This document shows, piece after piece, positions 7,365-16,382 of a DNA stretch of 64,000 bases. A program made the translations under genes and the position numbers. The notes below the pieces were generated by a model. The model saw only the letters and a list, made by a program, of their open reading frames with translations. It did not search any database and had not been told where the DNA came from. Position 1 is the first letter of the stretch. Each line of letters begins with the position of its first letter. The stretch comes from Patescibacteria group bacterium (GTDB lineage Bacteria; Patescibacteriota; Patescibacteriia; PEXW01). The stretch spans positions 129,296-193,295 of the forward strand of contig JBBTVB010000002.1 of the NCBI GenBank assembly GCA_038063455.1, written 5' to 3'.

Positions 7365-8654
7365 CTAGCGGCTATGGTAGAAAACTTTGGGGTTCACCCG
7401 CAGGGACACGCTAAACGACACTTGTGATTTTGGGGCAGCTGCAGCTTGCCCCGGGGGGGTGTCGGTGGCTGCCGCGCTGCTCACTTTGGTGGCGCTGAGA
7501 ATAGTGGCTTGCAAAATGAAGTCGGTGGCTTTTTGGTAGGTGAGCAACTGCTTGCCAACTTCGTCAAACGTTGTGGCCGTGGCCGACATGCTCACGCTCC
7601 CGGCTACATCCACGCTTATATTACCGTAGCTCACCGTTGGCAGCGTGACCCCTTCAATCTGGGTGAAAAATTGATCCCAGTACACGTGCTGGTCCAGCGC
7701 CTTGGTAATGTCGGCTGTTCGCTGGCGCAGCACGCTGGCTTGCTGCAGCGGGCCACTTTCCAGCACAGACACCTGCTGCCCCAGTGCTGCAATTTCGGTG
7801 TCGAGGTCGGCAATCTTCGCATCCAGTGACCGTTGGTAGATGCCCAGGCCAATGGTGGTGCCCGCAACCAGCACAACCGCAGCCGCGACGATGATAGCGG
7901 CAATCAACCGATTCCTTGACGGACCTTCGGGCTGGTACTCTTGGGGCACCAAGTTGACGTTCAAGCCGGCGCCGAGAATTGGCGCGGCCTCAGAAAGTCG
8001 GTTTTGCGTTTTACCCGTTGCGGCTGGCGGGGTAAAGCCGAACGATGGAGGCGGCGGTGGCACAACCTGAGCTGGCTTCGTGCTCCAGGCAGGGGTTGGA
8101 GCCGCCGGGACTCCGGCTGGGCTTGGTGGTGCCCAGGCTGGCCGTCGCACGGGTGGCGGCGGCACAGGGGGCAAGCTCGCTGACGGCACCGACGTTACTG
8201 GTGAAGCTAGCTTTGGTGCTGGGGGCGGTGGCAGTGGTGTTGCACTTGCGTGCACTGGAGGTGTTGCCGCTATCGGGGCTGCTGGAACTTTGGGTTTTGC
8301 CTGCCCGAACATCTTGCGCAAAAAACCTTTTGCTTGCGGCGGAGCGGGCGGTGGTGCCAAACGGTCTGGCATGGTTTGCACGCGCGTCACCGGCCCAGAG
8401 GCAATGGTTGGTTTAGGTGCCGGGTACTGGACGGCTGGGTCTGACGCGGCAACGGCAGGTTTCGTCTTTGGCAAGGCAGTGGGCTTGCGCTTGAAAAGGG
8501 TCTTAAAAAATTCCAGCACCCCGCCAATGCGGTCTACCCGTTCCTGAAAAATCCGATCCTGCGGCGTGCTCATTTCCACCACATCTTTCGGCGCTTTTAC
8601 TTCGCGCTTCAGTTGCTTGTCTTTTTCCGGGAGTAGGTTGATATTCGATTCCAT
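7365..8654 (-). CDS. pilN: PilN-like protein with a Pro-rich N-terminal extension of about 220 aa and two INLLP-type motifs
   Basis: 429 aa. NINLLPE at residues 4-10 and LNVNLVPQE at residues 231-239, about 12 aa before the single TM (residues 250-273). A PilN-like periplasmic domain follows. Confidence 0.75.
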   Translation of the reverse strand: MESNINLLPEKDKQLKREVKAPKDVVEMSTPQDRIFQERVDRIGGVLEFFKTLFKRKPTALPKTKPAVAASDPAVQYPAPKPTIASGPVTRVQTMPDRLAPPPAPPQAKGFLRKMFGQAKPKVPAAPIAATPPVHASATPLPPPPAPKLASPVTSVPSASLPPVPPPPVRRPAWAPPSPAGVPAAPTPAWSTKPAQVVPPPPPSFGFTPPAATGKTQNRLSEAAPILGAGLNVNLVPQEYQPEGPSRNRLIAAIIVAAAVVLVAGTTIGLGIYQRSLDAKIADLDTEIAALGQQVSVLESGPLQQASVLRQRTADITKALDQHVYWDQFFTQIEGVTLPTVSYGNISVDVAGSVSMSATATTFDEVGKQLLTYQKATDFILQATILSATKVSSAAATDTPPGQAAAAPKSQVSFSVSLRVNPKVFYHSR

Positions 8655-8657
8655 ACC

Positions 8658-9770
8658 CTAGGTTCCCAGTTGGCGCAAAGCGAGCCCGACGGACACGGCA
8701 AAGCGCGGCCCAATTTCGTCCCACACCGGCTTCAGCTCCACCGGATACGACACGCGTGCCCAGGGGTCGCCAATGTAGGTTTTAATATTCAGCAGTTTCG
8801 TAAAGTACTCGGGCAAATTGGTAAGGTATGCCGAGCCGCCCGAGAGAATAACCTTCTCGATGCTGCGGCCTGTCCCCTGGTTTTGGTACAGGTTAAGCAC
8901 GTAGCGAATTTCGTTGGTAATAGAGTTGACCACGAACTCAATAGCTTTCGGGATGTTACTGTCGCTGGCGCCTTGGGTAGCAATAAAGAAGTCGCGCTTG
9001 AACTGCTCGGCCCGGTCGCTGCTAACGCGTAGCGTGCTCGCAATAGTTTTGGTAATAGTGTCGCCGCCCACGTCAATGGAGCGGGTAAGCATGGGAATGC
9101 CCTCGCTAAAGACCACAATATCGGTGGCCACCGCCCCAATGTCCACAATCATAATTGGTGCCTTGTCGTGGCCAATGAGTGACCGTTCCAGGGCAAAAGC
9201 TTCGGTCTCCAAGGCGACCAGCTGCAAATCGGCGGCTTTAAAAATTTCCATGTAGCGCTGCACCAAGTTCTTCGGCGCAGCCGTCAGCAGCACCTTCATG
9301 TCTTTTTGTGGCGCTTTGCTTGCATCGGGCGCTTTTTCCTGCGTGTTCTTGGCATTGGCCCCAGCCACCTTGGCGGCCAGGGAATCTTCTTTGAGCACTT
9401 CCCAATCCAAAATCATTTCGTCCACCGGCATGGGCACGAACTTCTTCGCTTCCCACTTTACCGCGGACATCAGCTCTTTGCGCGACATCTGTGGCAAAGA
9501 AATAATCGAGCTAAAAACGGTGAAGCTCGGCAAAGCGGTGACGGCGTACTTTGTGGTTACCCGCGACGCCTTGACCACCTGCTTCAGTGCTTCGCTAATA
9601 GCGCGCATTTCTTCGCCCACGCTGCCCTTCAGCAAGTCACTACGTTTTTCGGCAAAGCCGTAGGTGGTCAGCGTCGGGCGGCCGTTCAGCGCTTTTAGCT
9701 CTACGAGTTTAATCGAGGATCCGCCCACGTCGACACCGAGGTAGCTTTGTTTGGAAGAAAAAATTGCCAT
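8658..9770 (-). CDS. pilM: PilM, actin-like pilus assembly ATPase
   Basis: 370 aa. N-terminus YLGVDVGGSSIKLVELK and the overall PilM/FtsA-like pattern. Directly upstream of pilN. Confidence 0.9.
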   Translation of the reverse strand: MAIFSSKQSYLGVDVGGSSIKLVELKALNGRPTLTTYGFAEKRSDLLKGSVGEEMRAISEALKQVVKASRVTTKYAVTALPSFTVFSSIISLPQMSRKELMSAVKWEAKKFVPMPVDEMILDWEVLKEDSLAAKVAGANAKNTQEKAPDASKAPQKDMKVLLTAAPKNLVQRYMEIFKAADLQLVALETEAFALERSLIGHDKAPIMIVDIGAVATDIVVFSEGIPMLTRSIDVGGDTITKTIASTLRVSSDRAEQFKRDFFIATQGASDSNIPKAIEFVVNSITNEIRYVLNLYQNQGTGRSIEKVILSGGSAYLTNLPEYFTKLLNIKTYIGDPWARVSYPVELKPVWDEIGPRFAVSVGLALRQLGT

Positions 9771-9778
9771 GTGGGTGT

Positions 9779-12700
9779 TTACGGAAGAGTTCGGGTTGGG
9801 TTGGGTAAAGCTTTCGTAACGTCTTCTAGGCCCGGGGGTGGGTTGAGGAAGAGCCGTTCGTCAGCTATGACGCGCTCGGCAGCAGTGGTGTTCTCGCGCA
9901 AGCTGCCAATACGCTGGAAGCTCAATTGGCGGGCAAAGAGCAAACCAATAATCGTTAATGGTCGGCACGTCGGGCTGGTGACCGTACAGAGCGCTGCGTC
10001 GTTGTCATTACCGGTTTTAAAGGCCCCACCACAGTTGTTGCCGTAATTAGCTGCATTTGGGCAAGCAGCAGTGTCTGGATCGTGGCCAGCCGAAGTATCA
10101 CGACTGGTAACAATGAAAGCACCGGTTACCTTGTTTACTTCTTTGGCAATGGTCACATTGCCTTTGACGATGAACGCAATCGTCGGCAGGTCGCGGATAG
10201 AATCAGCAGCAACCATACCACTAAGGTCTGCGTCTTTCGCACGGTCTGCAGCAATAATATTATACTGAATATCTAGGTCACCGTCTACTACGACGGTCAC
10301 GCGTTGAGCGATATTATCAGTACCATTGTCTGCATATGGCAAACGCCACACCCAACGGATCTTCTCACCAGTAGTGTGCGTAGGGCACGAGCCCCCACAA
10401 GCCTTTATACGCTTCACATTAGTAAACTGGTTTGTGGCATAGCCGGTGTAAGAAAAGTACTCCTCGCTACTGCCACCGGGGTTTACCACAATGGCGCAGC
10501 CCGAGCAGGATGGGTAATGACTTGAAGCACCCGGTATAGCCACTGTGCTGGTTGGGAAAGTACCCGCGCCGGTGGCGTTTATGGTTCCGCCGGTGTTCAG
10601 GTCGCCTGTGGAGTTGCCCCAACTCGCTTCTGCGCCATCTACAGTCAGGTTGCCTTGCACGTGCACCACCTGACTTCGGAGTGGTGCCAGTTCATTAGGA
10701 ACAGGCGCGAGCAAACTGTTTAAGGGAAAAACGGGCGGGACGGTGGAACCTGTCCATTCTGGCGTCTTCCACCCGGCAAGCTCATTTATGGTCCATTCGG
10801 GTGAGATTGCATACGTCGCGGGCTTAGTCTTGTACACCATGTTGCCGAAACGGTTAACATCAAATTTTGCCGTGCCCGAATACCCTTTGACGCCATTGAC
10901 TGCGTTAGGGTAACCAGCTGCAGCGGTGTTCAATATATTCGTCAGCCCACCTACATCTAACTTCCCAAGTGCATTACGGTACGATACGGTGGTGCTACCA
11001 ACGGTCGGGAAAGGGATGGGGTCAACAACCCGATTAAGAAAACCAGCAACAGGACCCTGTAATACGCAGAACACAGAATCTGTGGCGCATGTACCCGTGC
11101 CCTTATTAATATCTTCGCCCGCGCTGGTGGGTGGGGTCCCAATAAACCCTGTTCCGGAAGATTGCACGGCACTAATTGCGTTGTTCGCCTCTATACGATA
11201 CGTGGCAACGTAACATGGTTCTAGTATGCCATCGTCATTGGGGTCGCATTCGTTATAACGAACGTTTGATAAATTTTCCGGGCTGGGCAGCTTTACATCG
11301 CCGCCGCTATACACGTTGCCAAAAAGTGTTTCGAGCCACGCAAAACCCACAAAAATAAGCGGGTTAAAGCGGATCCAGCCATAGTTACTGCTCCAGGCCC
11401 AGCCGGCCAGTTCGTAATGGTCACCGGTCCAAAAAGCATCCAGGCCATACTCTTTGCCGGTAACATTGTACACAGTTACTGCCCCACTACTTACGCTCAA
11501 CGGCATGGCCAAAGTAATAACCGTGCCGCTGCAATTAGAAACCACCGAATAGTCATTACCAATGGCAACCACTTGCCCGGCCACAATGCTACAGCTAGGC
11601 GCCACATTTACGTGCGTTGCGTCGGTGAGCGTGCCATTCTGCGACGGCGCACCGGTTAGGTAGTACCCGCGTAGCCGCACCCAGCCTTCGTCTCTATCTT
11701 TGCAATGTAGGGCAACGCTGTCGTAGTTGCACAGGTTAATAAACCGCCCCCAGCCATACACGTGCTGGCTGGCCGTGTCGTACTTGGCGGTGGGAATATT
11801 CGCCGTTGCCGCTGGGGCATTGTGGTAGGCCGCGCCGGGGGGGTTGCCGTAGTCATTATCATCTGTGTACGGGTCGGCATCGCTGCAATCAGCCAAACCA
11901 CCGCAATTGTAGATGCTATCTCGCCGTTCAAAACTCAAAAAACCTGAAAGGTTCGACCACGCGTACCCGCCAATGGGGAAGGTTTTAGCTGTCGTGGGGG
12001 ATATGGCAATGCCGCTGGCCGTAAGGTCTGGCAATTCGGTGGTGTTGCTGTGGGCTGTAGCCCCAATGCCCAAGCCAAAAAGGTTGGTACAATCCTGGTC
12101 GGGTTTGTTAATGCAGTTCAAGCTTAACCAACCAAAATTCGACGCCCAGCCATAGCCCAGAATCGGGCTAGAGCTATAGGGGGGGCTTGTGCCAATGGTT
12201 GCCCCGCCGCTATTTGCGCCAAATGCCACCCGGCTTCCGTCCAGGTGAGACCAAATAGTTGGAATTTTATCCAGCCCTGTCTGCAACGTGCCAGCTGGGA
12301 TATACGCGGTTGTTGACGGCGAAGCAACCCCGTAGGTTGTCGTAAAATCCGCATCCACTGGGTTCCACTCCCAGGGCGCGGTGCCAAGCTTCTCGGAAAA
12401 AAGCGCTAGGTGGCCGTTACCGGAATTCTTTGCGGCAACCCAGGCTTTGCCTTCGTAAAAACCAATCGATGGACTGGTGTAGGTGGTGCCAAGCTGAATA
12501 TTTTTTTGGTTTGCGTTGCAGGTTAAACTTGACGCCGCGGGCAGGCCGGTACCCACGGTGGCCGTACAGTTGGAGACGCGGAGTTTGTTGGTATACGCGG
12601 TATTAACTGAGTCTGCGCCGCCTTCATATGCGAACACCAGACGGCTGGTATTTGGACCGGTTGGCATACTAGCTACCGAAAAACTTAATGGGTACGCCCC

Positions 12701-13924
12701 AGTTGGGGTCGTAACAATAAGCGGTTCGTTTGGGGTAAGAAAACCAGGCTCGTCATACGCATTTTTGGTGCCGCCCGAACAGTTCGGCGTCGCGCCACCG
12801 GTAGTATTGTAATAGAATGGGAATACATCGACGATGCCGGTTTGGTAGCCGCCGCCCCATGTCGTAGATTCTGTTGCTGTTAAGGTATTAAAAGATATTC
12901 CCAAGGGGTAGGGAATCCCGCTCGTATCCAGCACCCTGCATGCTTGTATGCGCCGTGGCGGGATAGTGAGCAGACCGGGTATTTTTTTATCGCCAATGGG
13001 AAAAAATACCACTTTTGGCAAAGCGCCATTTTGCAAGGGGCTTGTCTCATTTGTTTTAATGATTGTATTTGCCGAACCCACAAACCCGCCACTTGCAATC
13101 CACGTTGGAGTGGAAGAAAAATTATCGGTGTACACAATACCAAGTTCGCGGTAGGGAAAAAGTGGATTCGCATTTTTTTGTACTCGGGAAGTCAAGCCCC
13201 ACACGCGTTCAGTAGAATCAGCCAAAATCTGCACGGCAACGCCAGTAATGCCAACACAATTTCTCGTATTGTTCCCGTCACAGGTTAACTTGGGTTCGCT
13301 CGCAGCGTCAGGTATCCAGGTCGTCGGGGTTTGGGATTTTAACTTTTGTATCCTGCTTTTGGTTAGCGGCTTTGTTGGCTCGTATGAGGATGCTTCCATG
13401 TCATACACGTACGACACCCAGATATCTTTCTCATTAGGGCTGACGTAAAGTGTGTAATCAAATTTTGAAACCCCGCCCGTGGTAACATTCGCAATTGAGA
13501 TGTAGGGCGTGGAGCCTTCAAGCGCATGTTGCCAAGTGAGTCCGTTATTCTCGCTAACCCGGAATTCTAAGCGATGTATGGTGCAATTGCCCCCGCAACC
13601 TGCGGTACTTACATTTTTGTTCACAAATCCAGCAACAAGCAGTTTTCTTCCACCCGCCCCTTCGGGCGTGATGTACACCATTCGTCGGTTTTGCGAAACG
13701 TCGCTCGACCAAGCAAAAGCATCTTCGTCAGTTGCGACGCTACTTCGTACGCCTAATGTATCAGTATTCCCATACTGACTCCCCGTAACCACCGGCACTG
13801 GGCTGGTGAGCTGCGCGTGAGCAACAACCGGCAAAAAAATAGTGATGCTAAAAAAGAGCCCAAAGCCGTACCAGGCTCTGGCCTTCGAAATGTTTCGCAG
13901 GAGTTTGGGTGCGTAGCTTTTCAC
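9779..13924 (-). CDS. Large secreted protein (about 1380 aa), first gene of the pilus operon; candidate pilus-associated adhesin
   Basis: The ORF track extends to 13993, but that part contains a terminator and a promoter. A GTG at 13924 gives MKSYAPKLLRNISKARAWYGFGLFFSITIFLPVVAHA/QL, a Sec signal peptide. Four G(W/Y)(A/G)WSxxxG(W/F)(I/L) motifs lie at about 11360-12160. No family recognised. Confidence 0.7.
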   Translation of the reverse strand: MKSYAPKLLRNISKARAWYGFGLFFSITIFLPVVAHAQLTSPVPVVTGSQYGNTDTLGVRSSVATDEDAFAWSSDVSQNRRMVYITPEGAGGRKLLVAGFVNKNVSTAGCGGNCTIHRLEFRVSENNGLTWQHALEGSTPYISIANVTTGGVSKFDYTLYVSPNEKDIWVSYVYDMEASSYEPTKPLTKSRIQKLKSQTPTTWIPDAASEPKLTCDGNNTRNCVGITGVAVQILADSTERVWGLTSRVQKNANPLFPYRELGIVYTDNFSSTPTWIASGGFVGSANTIIKTNETSPLQNGALPKVVFFPIGDKKIPGLLTIPPRRIQACRVLDTSGIPYPLGISFNTLTATESTTWGGGYQTGIVDVFPFYYNTTGGATPNCSGGTKNAYDEPGFLTPNEPLIVTTPTGAYPLSFSVASMPTGPNTSRLVFAYEGGADSVNTAYTNKLRVSNCTATVGTGLPAASSLTCNANQKNIQLGTTYTSPSIGFYEGKAWVAAKNSGNGHLALFSEKLGTAPWEWNPVDADFTTTYGVASPSTTAYIPAGTLQTGLDKIPTIWSHLDGSRVAFGANSGGATIGTSPPYSSSPILGYGWASNFGWLSLNCINKPDQDCTNLFGLGIGATAHSNTTELPDLTASGIAISPTTAKTFPIGGYAWSNLSGFLSFERRDSIYNCGGLADCSDADPYTDDNDYGNPPGAAYHNAPAATANIPTAKYDTASQHVYGWGRFINLCNYDSVALHCKDRDEGWVRLRGYYLTGAPSQNGTLTDATHVNVAPSCSIVAGQVVAIGNDYSVVSNCSGTVITLAMPLSVSSGAVTVYNVTGKEYGLDAFWTGDHYELAGWAWSSNYGWIRFNPLIFVGFAWLETLFGNVYSGGDVKLPSPENLSNVRYNECDPNDDGILEPCYVATYRIEANNAISAVQSSGTGFIGTPPTSAGEDINKGTGTCATDSVFCVLQGPVAGFLNRVVDPIPFPTVGSTTVSYRNALGKLDVGGLTNILNTAAAGYPNAVNGVKGYSGTAKFDVNRFGNMVYKTKPATYAISPEWTINELAGWKTPEWTGSTVPPVFPLNSLLAPVPNELAPLRSQVVHVQGNLTVDGAEASWGNSTGDLNTGGTINATGAGTFPTSTVAIPGASSHYPSCSGCAIVVNPGGSSEEYFSYTGYATNQFTNVKRIKACGGSCPTHTTGEKIRWVWRLPYADNGTDNIAQRVTVVVDGDLDIQYNIIAADRAKDADLSGMVAADSIRDLPTIAFIVKGNVTIAKEVNKVTGAFIVTSRDTSAGHDPDTAACPNAANYGNNCGGAFKTGNDNDAALCTVTSPTCRPLTIIGLLFARQLSFQRIGSLRENTTAAERVIADERLFLNPPPGLEDVTKALPNPTRTLP

Positions 13925-13949
13925 TTTTTTGTATCGAACAAGCAAAAAT

Positions 13950-13978
13950 ATTGTACCACCAAAATGCCAAAAAGTCAA
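13950..13978 (-). promoter_or_regulatory. Promoter of the pilus assembly operon
   Basis: Minus strand reads TTGACT (13978-13973), a 17-nt spacer, then TACAAT (13955-13950). Confidence 0.5.
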
Positions 13979-14007
13979 ACCAAAAATCCTCACCGCGCGG
14001 TGAGGAT
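13979..14007 (-). terminator. Intrinsic terminator of the 554-aa gene
   Basis: On the minus strand, a 9-bp stem AATCCTCACC-GCGC-GGTGAGGATT is followed by TTTTGGTTTGACTTTTT. A 14-bp perfect palindrome acgtaaatttacgt (14015-14028) lies just 3' of the stop codon. Confidence 0.6.
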
Positions 14008-14029
14008 TCTCTCTACGTAAATTTACGTT

Positions 14030-15694
14030 TTAATCCAGTGGCAAACCCCCGCCTCCGCCACCGAGTATACAGTACCCTGCAGGAGCGCATACATCAGAAG
14101 CACAATCTTGAACTTGGCTAGCAATGGTACAGAGTTCAAAAGTTGTACTAATTGTTGAATAATCTCCGCTACCTTTTTTAACCCGTAGATTTACCGTTTT
14201 ATTGCCGCCAAAAGGTGGAGAACCTACTGAAGCATAATTGTAACTCATTGGGGTTGAGCAAGCAGCATCTGCGCTGTAACCACTTCCATTCCCAAAATCC
14301 CAACCACACAAGTGCCCTGTCAACGATGGGGTAGTTGTATTGTTAAACGAAACTACATAGCCATTCGCGGGGCTGCGCGGGCTTACCTGAGCCATGTTTG
14401 CTTTATAGGTATCGACATCATTGGTTTTAACCGTCGGGTGGGCTGTATTTAATTTAATTGTGTGTGTCGCGACGGTTTTAAGAACAAACCTCGGATTCGC
14501 AAGTGTGTTGCTTACATTTACTGTACTATCGTTGTACGTACACGTTGCGCTAGGGCTAGTGCCGCTGCACACCACTGTTGAGCCAACTGTCCAAGTCCAG
14601 GTCTCGCCAGATGCAACGTTGCTGGTCTGAGTCGTTATGGGTTGATTGGTCGCTTGAACGCTATGGGAAAGAGTAAAAGCTGGTTGTGTGGCAGCACCAG
14701 GGCAAGCAAAGGTTTGCGTAGGGTCAATTGAGTATGTTACACGGTAAATCGGACTGGCAATGGGGTTGGTTATTTCCAAGAGACTCGACCACGCCGATAA
14801 AGTGCACTCTTTGTACGTATACGCGGTGGTGGCGAGGGGCTTCCAGTGCCTATCCGTTGCCGATGCATTGTCTGCATACATAACGCGAACATCTGTAACG
14901 ACGTACTGGTTGGAACCAAGTGCATTTTTAATGTCGGGGTATTCGACCGCGACACCATTGCCGCCGGTTCCCGTTAGGTTAAAGGTTTTCTGTCCAGCGC
15001 CAACTGAGGTACCATTGACAGTTAAACCCTTACCGGCAACAGACGTCTGAATATTTATATTACCGGTACTATCCACGCTAAAGGTTGCCGTCTCGCTGCC
15101 GCCACCGCGAACAAACTTTACTGGGCCGGTAAACTGTGCTGCGTTGCCCGCCGAACCGCCATCGGCAAAGAGTGCGAAACTCGATGAGCTATTAATAGTA
15201 TTTTGTGCATAGACACCATAAGCATTCACGTTCGATGCTACGCCTTTTAATGCGGCTTTTGTTGCACCACTTGTTCCTCCACGGGTAGTAGCAAAAATTG
15301 CATCATTGCCCTCGCTGGTTACATTTATTGCAACGTCGTTAAAGGTCCCTTGTGTTTGCAACTTCGAACCCGGCTGCAGGTTGGTATTTCCAAACAAATC
15401 TAACTCCTTGGCGTTGCCCGCGTAGCCAATTTGGACTGGTGTTCTCACAATTTGGCCACCTGTCGTCGTTGGACTTACCGTGGTGGAATCGTCATTCGGA
15501 TTCAAAAATAATGGTGCGCTGGGGTTACAGTTTGGGTCATCAACTGGGTTACAACCCGGGTTGGTGAAAACGCCGTTCGCTGCGGACACCATTTGGTAGG
15601 TAGTAAAACCCGCGAATGCCAAAACCACAGCTACGAAGCTGGCCATAGCCCACCGCGGCACAAGTATGACTGCTGATTTTTGTCCTTTTTTCAT
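14030..15694 (-). CDS. Secreted fibre-like protein, function unknown
   Basis: 554 aa. The signal anchor ends VSA/ANG. A Gly/Ser/Ala-rich repetitive stretch (…GVASNVNAYGVYAQN…ALFADGGSAGNAAQFTGPVKF…) resembles the beta-helical fibre heads of tail-fibre/adhesin proteins. The C-terminus is Cys-containing and ends GGGGGLPLD. Confidence 0.55.
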   Translation of the reverse strand: MKKGQKSAVILVPRWAMASFVAVVLAFAGFTTYQMVSAANGVFTNPGCNPVDDPNCNPSAPLFLNPNDDSTTVSPTTTGGQIVRTPVQIGYAGNAKELDLFGNTNLQPGSKLQTQGTFNDVAINVTSEGNDAIFATTRGGTSGATKAALKGVASNVNAYGVYAQNTINSSSSFALFADGGSAGNAAQFTGPVKFVRGGGSETATFSVDSTGNINIQTSVAGKGLTVNGTSVGAGQKTFNLTGTGGNGVAVEYPDIKNALGSNQYVVTDVRVMYADNASATDRHWKPLATTAYTYKECTLSAWSSLLEITNPIASPIYRVTYSIDPTQTFACPGAATQPAFTLSHSVQATNQPITTQTSNVASGETWTWTVGSTVVCSGTSPSATCTYNDSTVNVSNTLANPRFVLKTVATHTIKLNTAHPTVKTNDVDTYKANMAQVSPRSPANGYVVSFNNTTTPSLTGHLCGWDFGNGSGYSADAACSTPMSYNYASVGSPPFGGNKTVNLRVKKGSGDYSTISTTFELCTIASQVQDCASDVCAPAGYCILGGGGGGLPLD

Positions 15695-15710
15695 ATCGGG
15701 TTTACCTTAT

Positions 15711-15785
15711 TTGCTGGAGCGCGTCGCTTGGACTATACTCTGTACAAAGCACGTAGAGTATACATATTTACCAACCTCCTGGCTA
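15711..15785. promoter_or_regulatory. Overlapping face-to-face promoters for the divergent genes at 15694(-) and 15808(+)
   Basis: Plus strand: TTGCTG (15711-16), 17 nt, TATACT (15734-39). Minus strand: TAGCCA (15785-80), 17 nt, TATACT (15762-57). The two -10 boxes are the arms of the inverted repeat tatactct-N13-agagtata. Confidence 0.35.
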
Positions 15786-15807
15786 GCACCAGGGCACAGA
15801 CAAAACT

Positions 15808-16284
15808 ATGGCTACCACCCCTGCGGCCAGCACGCACACCCCCCAACAGAAAGCAATCATCGGCACGGCTGTTGTGCTGGCACTGCTGCTGGTTTTTGGC
15901 TTTGTGGGCTACTGGTATGGCAAAAAGGGCGCGGATGTAACCAAAACAGCCACAACGAACACCAACACCAATGCTGCTAGCACAGAAAATGCCACCCCAG
16001 GGCAAAAAACCGTCTTTGCCGGTAAAGTAACCAAAGTGCTTGGGCAAGCCATCGAAGTTTCTTCGGGCAGCGGCGACACCACGCAAACCATTACCGCAAA
16101 AATTGCTGATGCGACGGTTTTTCGAAAGTTAGATCTACGCACCATCCCCAAGAACGGCGTGGGCGATGGTACGTCAATCTCGTTTGCAGAATTCAAGGTT
16201 GGTAACCAAGTGGTGGTGGCCAGCGCAGATACCAGTGCCAGCACGGTTACGGCCAGCAAAATAAGTTTGGTCATTTACCCCTGA
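15808..16284 (+). CDS. Small membrane-anchored protein with a TNTNT linker, function unknown
   Basis: 158 aa: N-terminal TM (AIIGTAVVLALLLVFGFVGYW), a Thr/Asn-rich linker, then a beta-rich domain of about 90 aa. Confidence 0.6.
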   Translation: MATTPAASTHTPQQKAIIGTAVVLALLLVFGFVGYWYGKKGADVTKTATTNTNTNAASTENATPGQKTVFAGKVTKVLGQAIEVSSGSGDTTQTITAKIADATVFRKLDLRTIPKNGVGDGTSISFAEFKVGNQVVVASADTSASTVTASKISLVIYP

Positions 16285-16382
16285 ACCACTCGCTTCTCCG
16301 CCATAGGCGGAGGCTCGGGTACAGGGCTTCGCCCATCCCTTTTTAAAAGTTTCGTATCTTTCGTTCGTAATTCGTAAAAGCT

